From: an uncultured Planctomycetota bacterium
GTDB taxonomy: Bacteria; Planctomycetota; Planctomycetia; Isosphaerales; Isosphaeraceae
Direction: 5' to 3'
Assembly: GCA_963823665.1 (NCBI GenBank)
Contig: CAWGMQ010000006.1
Span: 672,001 to 736,000 of the forward strand
DNA: 64,000 nucleotides
A program made the position numbers and the translations under genes. Below the pieces are notes generated by a model that ran no database searches, was not told the DNA's origin, and worked only from the letters and a program-made list of their open reading frames with translations. This document shows, piece after piece, positions 56,841 to 64,000 of the stretch (position 1 is its first letter; each line of letters starts with the position of its first letter).

Positions 56841-57423
56841 GAGGCTTGCTCCGATTTCGCGGGGGACGTCCGGCGACGATCCAACGTCGCATGCTGCGAG
56901 ATCACTTGGCGTTTCGAGACCGTGTGGCGTTTCTTGATCGATCTGGCCCTGAGTTTGCAAAGAGGCTTTCTGATTCCGCTGGCGATGTCTCGAGTTGCAA
57001 GGCGAGAAGCTGCTCTAGAAATAGGACCCGATCAGCCGTCAAGCAACGAGAATTGGGAATCGCGGCGCCCAATAATGCGCACGCTGTCTCCCCGCCCCAA
57101 CCCCCGAGACCACGGGGGCCTTTCGCACCGGCGCGAGATCTGAAGCGTGCTAAGCACAGGATTTCCGTGTCCTTCGAGCCATCCAGGCGATCTCGCCCAT
57201 GAATGCCGACGCTGCAAAGGGCCGCAACGAATTCGAGCAAACCCCATGCCGACTTCGCCGGAACAATCTGCGGTGTGTTTCGGTGCACCAATTTGATGCC
57301 GCGTGGCGCTCGCGAAATTGAGCATGGCATCAATCCGATCGCAGAGTTTTTCGCCCGTTGTTTTCGCATCGAAAAAAGCCATTCGAACATAGTGAACAAA
57401 CCGGTCCGATCATTTTGGCAATT

Positions 57424-57440
57424 TGGCAGTACCATTGCCA
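57424..57440. promoter_or_regulatory. TGGCA-N7-TGCCA palindrome (GG-N10-GC on both strands)
   Basis: TGGCAGTACCATTGCCA in the divergent kinase/mgtC intergenic region. Confidence 0.4.
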
Positions 57441-58128
57441 TGACGGTCGATCGATCACTTGGAAACGCACTCGCCAGATCCGATCCTTTGATTCAGATTC
57501 AACATACGGAGCAGCGTTCCCCGCCCCGGATGACCGCTCGAACGTTTGAAAAATGGCAATAAGTGGCAATTATACGAGGGTCATCAAGCATCCGTACACC
57601 GGTGTAAATTGGCGGTTTTCAGCAGCGGCCGATGGTGCCATCGATCGCACGTTGAAGCTCGCTGAACGCAGTCGGAATCATGGTCTGTTCCCCCGAGCAG
57701 GTCAGGCTTCAGCCTGACGTGATTAAAGGAATCAACCCCCCAGGTTCTCGCCCCCGTTTGGCGACAACCGAGCGCCGCTCTTTACCCATATGATCTACAA
57801 AAGGGTCGAGCCAGTTTCGTGAAATTGCCAGAATTTCGCCTGTTTTCATCAACCGGGGGCCAGTTGTGCCGGTCGTAGGCGAAGGTCCGTAAAATTGACC
57901 ATCCAAAGCGGTAAAGTTGCCTCGAAGCCCAATGAGTCCGCGACGAACAAGGACGGGGCGGCGCTTTGCCGTGACGTCTTGGCTACCTTGCCCGCGAGCG
58001 CTCGCGCATCGTCCGTACTGTTACTCGAAGAAGCCCAGCTTTGAGCCAGTCCGGAGTTCGGGGCCTGTTCAAAGGCAGGGAGCACTCCTGGACAGCGTTC
58101 GTGTACAATCGCGCAGCCGGCGCTCTCC

Positions 58129-58149
58129 GTAGGGTGGGTGAAACCCACC
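58129..58149 (+). repeat. GTAG-type REP-like element
   Basis: GTAG-GGTGGGT-GAA-ACCCACC (GTAG foot plus perfect 7-bp hairpin). Confidence 0.6.
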
Positions 58150-58190
58150 ATCCGATTTGCGCGCCCCGGTGAAATGTCCGGAGCACCAAC

Positions 58191-58913
58191 ATGTCGAGCG
58201 TCATCACTTGGCCGGACATCACCTTGCGGCTCACACTCGCGATCGCCGCCGGAGGCATGATCGGCCTGAACCGCGGCGAGCACGGCCTGCCGGCAGGTCT
58301 GCGCACGACCCTGCTCGTGTGCCTCGCGGCCTGTCTCTCGATGATCCAGGCCAACTTGCTTCTCGCAAGCGCCGGCAAGCCAGCGGATTCATTTGTGACG
58401 ATGGATGTGATGCGCCTACCACTGGGCATCTTGTCCGGAATGGGTTTCATCGGCGGCGGCGTGATCCTGAAGCGTGAGAACCTGGTGCTGGGCGTCACAA
58501 CCGCGGCCACGCTCTGGTTCGTCACCGTGCTGGGTCTGTGTTTCGGCGGTGGCCAGATTGCATTGGGAATCATCGCGTTCGCGCTTGGGATACTCGTGCT
58601 GCATTTCCTGAAGACGCTCGAGATGAAGATTCGCACCTTACGGCGCGGCACGCTGATCGTAACCCTGAGTCAATCCGGCGCCGGAGAGTCCGAGCTCCGA
58701 AAGATCATCTTCGCGAGTACGTTTCAGATCGTATCGACGGGCACGGTGTACGACCGCTCGACCGAGCAGCGGTCGTGGACGCTCGAGCTTCGCTGGCGAG
58801 CGTTTCCACACGAGTCCGACGAGCCCGGATTCCTGCAGACGCTCGCAAACCTCGAAGGCTTCAAGTCCCTCAACTGGCGCCCCCAAGGCCTGCGGGCGTA
58901 CATGGAGGAATAG
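58191..58913 (+). CDS. mgtC: MgtC/SapB family membrane protein
   Basis: AGLRTTLLV, GILSGMGFIGGGVIL and GVTTAATLW. Confidence 0.92.
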   Translation: MSSVITWPDITLRLTLAIAAGGMIGLNRGEHGLPAGLRTTLLVCLAACLSMIQANLLLASAGKPADSFVTMDVMRLPLGILSGMGFIGGGVILKRENLVLGVTTAATLWFVTVLGLCFGGGQIALGIIAFALGILVLHFLKTLEMKIRTLRRGTLIVTLSQSGAGESELRKIIFASTFQIVSTGTVYDRSTEQRSWTLELRWRAFPHESDEPGFLQTLANLEGFKSLNWRPQGLRAYMEE

Positions 58914-58960
58914 ACCTCCACCCCACGTGGGGGAGGTGCCGCCGCCGGCGGCGGTGGGGG
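58914..58960. repeat. double palindrome, REP-like extragenic element
   Basis: ACCTCCACCCCAC/GTGGGGGAGGT followed by CCGCCGCC/GGCGGCGG directly after the mgtC stop. Confidence 0.45.
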
Positions 58961-59322
58961 CTCGCGCAGACGGATGATGTCGCCTTCGGCGGTCGGGCGT
59001 TCGCGCAGATCGCGCCCGGGTGAAGCCGAAAATCGCGCGAGCAACCCACCGGCCCACCCTCGTTCCGATGCTCCGCGTCGGAATGCACTCCCCGACGCTC
59101 TGCGTCGTCTAACCAGGAGCGGAGCGCCGCTGGCCAGATGTGCCCGGAACCCCCGCGACCGAATTCCAAAGTCGCCTTTCGCTCCGCGTGGGAGCCCTCG
59201 ACCCAGATCGTCGGGATATTGGTCGACGAGACCAGCCGCACGGTGCCAATGACAAATTGAGCGAGCCGCCCACGTACCTATTGCCGGAGACTTCCCCTTC
59301 GACGCTGGCACCGAACGAAGCC

Positions 59323-59448
59323 TTACCGATCTTTCCGCTGGAGCCCGTCATGTAAATCGTACGTTTCGCAGTTCAACGGGTCTTCGAGCCGGAGTGGTTC
59401 GTCCCCGGATCGCTCGATCGCTTGCCGAATCTCGGGCGTAATATTCAT
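59323..59448 (-). pseudogene. truncated small planctomycete antitoxin-like gene
   Basis: GGGAGG RBS, then MNITPEIRQAIERSGDEPLRLEDPLNCETY followed by unrelated residues and TAA (41 aa). Family recognised from memory only. Confidence 0.5.
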
Positions 59449-59672
59449 ATCTGCCTCCCATTTTCTAAACTAACATCTCCGCCAACAACCGGCCAGGATT
59501 TGCGCATCGGATTCCCGGAACCCCCAGCGAAATCCCGATCGGACCGGATTTGACCAGTCGGTACGCTAGCTGAGATAATCGGCGCGCACGCGTCAGACGC
59601 GAAGGGCTTGTTGCGTCCACGGTGGCTTCGGCTCGAAGCCACCATTCCCTGTTCATCGGCTTGGAGCAGCAA

Positions 59673-60431
59673 TTGTCGCCGGGACTGACCAAGGCGAATT
59701 CACTCGCACCCCACCAACCCGTCACGCCGCCTTGGCAGTGGCTTCTCCTTCTCTCCATCTTTGGTTTGATCTTCTGGATATACGCGCCAGAACAAGAGCG
59801 CCCGAATCCGCCGCCTGCACCGACGTTCCGAAGTTGGCTGTTCCCCGCGGTTGGCGCGCTCGTCGTCGGGATTCTCGCGTTTGCCATTTGGTTCTTCCGC
59901 ACGTTCGATTCAGGCGTTCATCGCGCCAACAAGCGTGCCCTGGCCGGGGATCTCGATGGGGCGATTGCAGACCTGCGCGAACAAATTGAAGACAAAGGGC
60001 CAACGCAGGTCCGTGCCAACGCGCTTGGCCTCCTCTTGCTGCAACGCGAGTGCTGGGCTGAAGCCGCCGCCTTGTTTCGCAAGGCGACGGAGCTCGGGGG
60101 ATCCAAGGCGATGTGCCAGGCAAATCTCGGCTTCGCGTTGCTGAAAGGCGGTAACCCCGCGGAAGCCCTTCCGGTCCTCAAGGAGGCCTTATACACTGCC
60201 CCGCCAACTCCGTTGATCTCCTGCGTCGTTTCTCTCCATACCTGCCTCGCACTGGCCGAACTGGGCCGTTGGGACGAAGCCCATGAGCAATTCCGGATCG
60301 CCGAAGAGGCCGCCGGTGGACTGAGCAAAGCGCAGAGCGCCGCGCTCGCCAAGAAGTTCGCGCAATGCCGCCAGGAGTTGGAGCAGCATCTTCGAGACAA
60401 ACCGAAGCCCGAGGGGCTCGCAGAGCTCTAG
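59673..60431 (+). CDS. membrane-anchored TPR protein
   Basis: Two TM segments, then NALGLLLL...AAALFRKATE and NLGFALL...EALPVLKEAL; GGAG before TTG 59673. Confidence 0.82.
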   Translation: MSPGLTKANSLAPHQPVTPPWQWLLLLSIFGLIFWIYAPEQERPNPPPAPTFRSWLFPAVGALVVGILAFAIWFFRTFDSGVHRANKRALAGDLDGAIADLREQIEDKGPTQVRANALGLLLLQRECWAEAAALFRKATELGGSKAMCQANLGFALLKGGNPAEALPVLKEALYTAPPTPLISCVVSLHTCLALAELGRWDEAHEQFRIAEEAAGGLSKAQSAALAKKFAQCRQELEQHLRDKPKPEGLAEL

Positions 60432-60695
60432 AAAAGTCGCGATTCGGACAACGACACACATGTTTCTTGGCTTGAGTTCCCCTGCTTTATACGCTGGCTT
60501 ATTTCGGGGGGCCGTCAGTAGCGATCTGTCCGAGGCAGCGCGGCATTTCTGGCGGAAAGGCCCAGCTGGAATCTGTCGAATAGCCCGGAGGGTTCGGTAC
60601 TCGGCTCCCCTTCGGCAGCCGAAAACTAACCGATGTCGCGAGGATTCCACGCGTCTTCGGCCGCGCGGACCGTCGCTGAACGGTACATTTTAGCA

Positions 60696-63600
60696 CTAAG
60701 ACCACATATCGGTAAACTTATCCAATATGAGAAAATTTATACATCCAGATCTATCACCTACGGCGACTTCCAAACGATAGGGTGACACGCGTACGGCAAT
60801 GATTGGAGTATCTGCTGTGAAGACCGACAGCAGCTTTCCCTGGACTAAGCTCCAAGCTCGGAGAGTGCCATCGTCATGTGCCGAGACAGCGAGGCAGCCG
60901 TCAGGGCTGAGAGCCAATGCGCTGGCCCAGGGGAGGGGATGCTCGTTGTGCTGAATCCGTGTGATAGTAGAATCGTCCCAGACGCAGAGACTTCCATCCG
61001 TCGACACTGAGACGATGCGCCTACCGTCCCTTGCGGCTGCCACGGAGCACACTGGACCTCCGTGGCCTTCCAGCGCACGAATTGGATTGCCAGTCATAGC
61101 GTCCCAAAGGCGCACCGTCCGGTCTTCAGAGGCCGACACGACCATGTGACCGTCGTCTGTCAGTGTGACGTCATGAACCGGGCCAGAATGACCACTCAAC
61201 ACACCTATCTCAGTGCCACCCACAAGGTCGATAATTCGCATATCATTCTCATCTGACGCTGACACAACCATGCGGGCGTCATGACTTAGTGCCACTGCGC
61301 GCGTCGGACGGTGAAGGCAATCCACCACGTTAATCGTCTGCTGGTAAGCCAATTCCCAGAGGCGAATTGTCTTATCGTCCGATACGGAAACAGCGCGGCG
61401 TCCGCTCGGGGTGACTGCCACGCCCCGAACTGGACCTTCGTGGCCCCTCAGCGCGACGGGGGCATCGACGCCTGACGGGTCCCAAACCCTCAAACTCCCA
61501 TCGTCAGAAGCCGACACAGCTCGGTGGCAGTCGGGAGTGAGGGCCAGCGCATTAACCCAAACAGCGCGACCTCCCAGAAGTCGTGTCGTCGCATTAGTCG
61601 CGGGATCCCAAAATCGCAAGCCGCCGTGGCCACCAGTCTGGGAGACGGCGATGCGACCATCAGGTGTTATAGCGACTGCACGGGCTGCGCTGCTGTGCAC
61701 CAGAATGCGGATCCTGGCCCCGGTCGCCAAGTCCCAGACGCGTATCGTCCCATCTAAAGATGCTGATACCGCGCAACGGCTGTCGAGGCTGACGGATACA
61801 TCACAGACCGGACCCTCATGACGCCCGAGTTCTCGAGCGGATGACCCTGTCCTCAGATCGCAGACAAGCACGGTTCCGTCTTCGTTTGCCGAGATGGCGT
61901 TGCGGCCGTCCGGTGTAAGTGCCAAGGGACACTCCCAAGGCCCAATACCATTCATTACTCGGATCACATGGCCAGCCCATAAGTCCCAAACGCGCAAAGT
62001 GCCGTCGCTGCATGTACCGACGATCATGCGACCGTCTAAACCGATGGCCACTGCTTTACAGCGGCACGACTTGATGTCAAATGTGCAGTGTCGAGTGCCG
62101 GCACTCAAGTCCCAGACATGGACCTTTCCGCAGGCATGTCCCGTGGCAGCGAACTGACCATTGGGAGATACGGCTAATACATCGATCGGGTCGTCGACGC
62201 TCTGAATAGCTTGTGTCACTTTCTGGGCCGCTACGTCCCACACGAGCAGTCCACCAAAGCGCAGTCCACCATGGTGTAAATGGCCTAAGGGCGCGATAAT
62301 GAGCCTGCCGTCGGGGGTGATCTTAGCCGAGGACACGTCGAGACGGTGAGTCGCCAGAATGCAATCCGATGTGCCAGACCTCAGATTCCAGATATGCACC
62401 CCGTGTAAATCACAGCACGAGACTGCGGTACAGCCGTCGGCGGCGACTGCCAAGCCACGCATATCGCACTTGTGACGTGCCAGCGTGCAGTTCGCGGGGT
62501 CGTTCGTGAGGTCCCACACCTTGATCGTTCTGTCAACTGACGCCAAGACCGCAAACCGACCGCCAGGCGCTAAGACAAGCCCCTCGACTCCGGCGGAGAC
62601 CGCCAGAGCCGGAGAGTGGGCGGCCGCAACATTGGCCGCGTCCCAGACGAGCAAAGTCCCGTGATACGATCCGCTTACTGCCAGCCGGCCGTCGGGAGTG
62701 ACAGCCACCGCGTCGGTCTCGAAGCTGCTGGCGATCAACTCGCGAGTAGTGGCGCCGCTTCTGAGATCCCAAACGCGTATGATATTGTTGCGTGACGCTA
62801 AGACAGCCAGACTGCCATCGGGCGTGACCGCCACGCCGCAAACTGGGTTCAAGTGATTCGGCAGCACTCGGAGGGCCGCCCCTGTCGCGAGTTCCCATAT
62901 TCGCACAGTCCCGTCATCGGAGCCCGAGACGGCTAGCCGGCCGTCGGGGGTGATCGCCACGGCGCGAACCGGGCCGGAGTGGCCCTCCAGCGTGCTAGCC
63001 GGGGAGTCGTGCATAAGGTCCCAGACGCTCAAGGTGCCGTCACTGGAGGCCGAGACGGCCAAGCGGCCGTCTGGAGTTATAGAGACTGCGTTAATCTGAA
63101 CGCCAACAGACTCAATCACCCGGAGGGCCGCCGCTGTCGCGAGTTCCCATATTCGCACAGTCCCGTCGTCGGAGGCCGAGACGGCCAGCCGGCCGTCGGG
63201 GGTGATCGCCACGGCGCGAACCGGGCCGGAGTGGCCCTCCAGCGTGCTAGTCGAGGAGTCGTGCATAAGGTCCCAGACGCTCAGGGTGCCGTCACTGGAG
63301 GCCGAGACGGCCAGGCGGCCGTCTGGAGCGATGGCAAGCGTATGGATTGGGCCGGTGCGACCCTCAAGCCGGCGCAATAATGCTCCGCCCGGTGGAAGCA
63401 AAGCGTTTGTCCGGCACCGAAACCAGGGACGACCATCCGATTCAGCAATCCGCGCCAGAAAGGCTTGGCCAACTTTCGAACTGACGGGGAGTAATCGGCC
63501 GTACAGCTGACTTTGGAATTGGAACGCATCTCGTGCTACAACGTGAGCTGAGAGCCGAATTGCCCCTTGTGTCATGCGGAGAGCGGAATCTTCTGGGAAG

Positions 63601-64000
63601 CGATCATAGTCTCTCAGTACGGAGTTAATCTCGGTGGCGGAGAGCTTTGACCGAATCCAGTCATAGTCGAGCAGCAGCTTCTTTAATCGATCGGACTGAC
63701 CTGCGGCGACGAGATGGTAAGCCAAATAATCCCAGGCGTAGGCGTCGCGAAGATGGCAGGGATCTCCCCAGGTGCCGACGAGCCGAGCGTGAAGAATGGC
63801 GGGGTCGACGGATCGCTGAAGCAATTGCTCCGAAACGAAGGATCGCATCACGTCATGCAGTTGGATATTCAGTGATCGCAGGTCGCACTTGACGAGTGAG
63901 AGATCGGCGAAGTGGAGGGCAGTATGCGTGGTCTCAAACTCATCCAACCCCCATAGATCGCCCGCGGCCGATAATGGGACGTCGACATCCTCGGGGAATA
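60696..64000 (-). CDS. Apaf-1/NB-ARC-type STAND protein with a large WD40 array; 5' part outside the window
   Basis: The frame is open to the window edge: FPEDVDVPLSAAGDLWGL...LSLV...LHDVMRSF (winged-helix/MHD-like), YAWDYLAYHL...LLLDYDWIRSKL (Apaf-1 helical domain-like), then about 20 WD40 repeats. Confidence 0.88.
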   Translation of the reverse strand, partial: FPEDVDVPLSAAGDLWGLDEFETTHTALHFADLSLVKCDLRSLNIQLHDVMRSFVSEQLLQRSVDPAILHARLVGTWGDPCHLRDAYAWDYLAYHLVAAGQSDRLKKLLLDYDWIRSKLSATEINSVLRDYDRFPEDSALRMTQGAIRLSAHVVARDAFQFQSQLYGRLLPVSSKVGQAFLARIAESDGRPWFRCRTNALLPPGGALLRRLEGRTGPIHTLAIAPDGRLAVSASSDGTLSVWDLMHDSSTSTLEGHSGPVRAVAITPDGRLAVSASDDGTVRIWELATAAALRVIESVGVQINAVSITPDGRLAVSASSDGTLSVWDLMHDSPASTLEGHSGPVRAVAITPDGRLAVSGSDDGTVRIWELATGAALRVLPNHLNPVCGVAVTPDGSLAVLASRNNIIRVWDLRSGATTRELIASSFETDAVAVTPDGRLAVSGSYHGTLLVWDAANVAAAHSPALAVSAGVEGLVLAPGGRFAVLASVDRTIKVWDLTNDPANCTLARHKCDMRGLAVAADGCTAVSCCDLHGVHIWNLRSGTSDCILATHRLDVSSAKITPDGRLIIAPLGHLHHGGLRFGGLLVWDVAAQKVTQAIQSVDDPIDVLAVSPNGQFAATGHACGKVHVWDLSAGTRHCTFDIKSCRCKAVAIGLDGRMIVGTCSDGTLRVWDLWAGHVIRVMNGIGPWECPLALTPDGRNAISANEDGTVLVCDLRTGSSARELGRHEGPVCDVSVSLDSRCAVSASLDGTIRVWDLATGARIRILVHSSAARAVAITPDGRIAVSQTGGHGGLRFWDPATNATTRLLGGRAVWVNALALTPDCHRAVSASDDGSLRVWDPSGVDAPVALRGHEGPVRGVAVTPSGRRAVSVSDDKTIRLWELAYQQTINVVDCLHRPTRAVALSHDARMVVSASDENDMRIIDLVGGTEIGVLSGHSGPVHDVTLTDDGHMVVSASEDRTVRLWDAMTGNPIRALEGHGGPVCSVAAARDGRRIVSVSTDGSLCVWDDSTITRIQHNEHPLPWASALALSPDGCLAVSAHDDGTLRAWSLVQGKLLSVFTADTPIIAVRVSPYRLEVAVGDRSGCINFLILDKFTDMWS
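62869..63328 (-). repeat. recent 252-bp-period duplication of two WD40 units
   Basis: 62869-63076 vs 63121-63328: 8 mismatches in 208 bp by hand count. Confidence 0.92.

Noticed and set aside
57385..57397. LexA box (GAAC-N5-GAAC)
   Set aside because: Matches neither GAAC-N4-GTTC nor GAAC-N7-GAAC.
60560..60630. tRNA or att remnant next to the STAND gene (GGGTTCG word)
   Set aside because: No cloverleaf, T-arm stem or CCA end could be built.

Overview
This is a high-GC bacterial window that looks like Planctomycetota, probably Isosphaeraceae-like (inferred from two DUF1549/DUF1553 + DUF1501 modules and an LEGRALLS extracellular leader). Left to right it contains: an amplified RND efflux locus (RND-MFP-MFP-MFP-RND) with an inverted 3' fragment of a TolC-like gene; a cytochrome c/DUF1501 pair; a pRiA4b ORF-3-like gene; a secreted beta-propeller gene; sdhCAB; a fatty-acid desaturase; a PhnD-like binding protein; a GH-like protein; Fpg/Nei; an arylsulfatase; a second DUF1549/DUF1501/WD40 module; a site-2 protease; an orphan hypF; an OsaAB-like poly-HAMP hybrid kinase pair; MgtC; and the 3' part of an Apaf-1/NLR-like WD40 gene. 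I saw no rRNA, tRNA, CRISPR array, integrase, transposase or reverse transcriptase. About nine 1-2 nt indels split otherwise intact genes and are most likely long-read errors. Less obvious signals: an ungapped ~117-bp non-coding element present twice (sigma54-like core); patchy near-identity between the two RND paralogues; a miniature PEP-CTERM gene missed by the ORF track; a possible hypC relic; and several chimeric or collapsed gene remnants. All family assignments come from motif recognition by eye, not from database searches.
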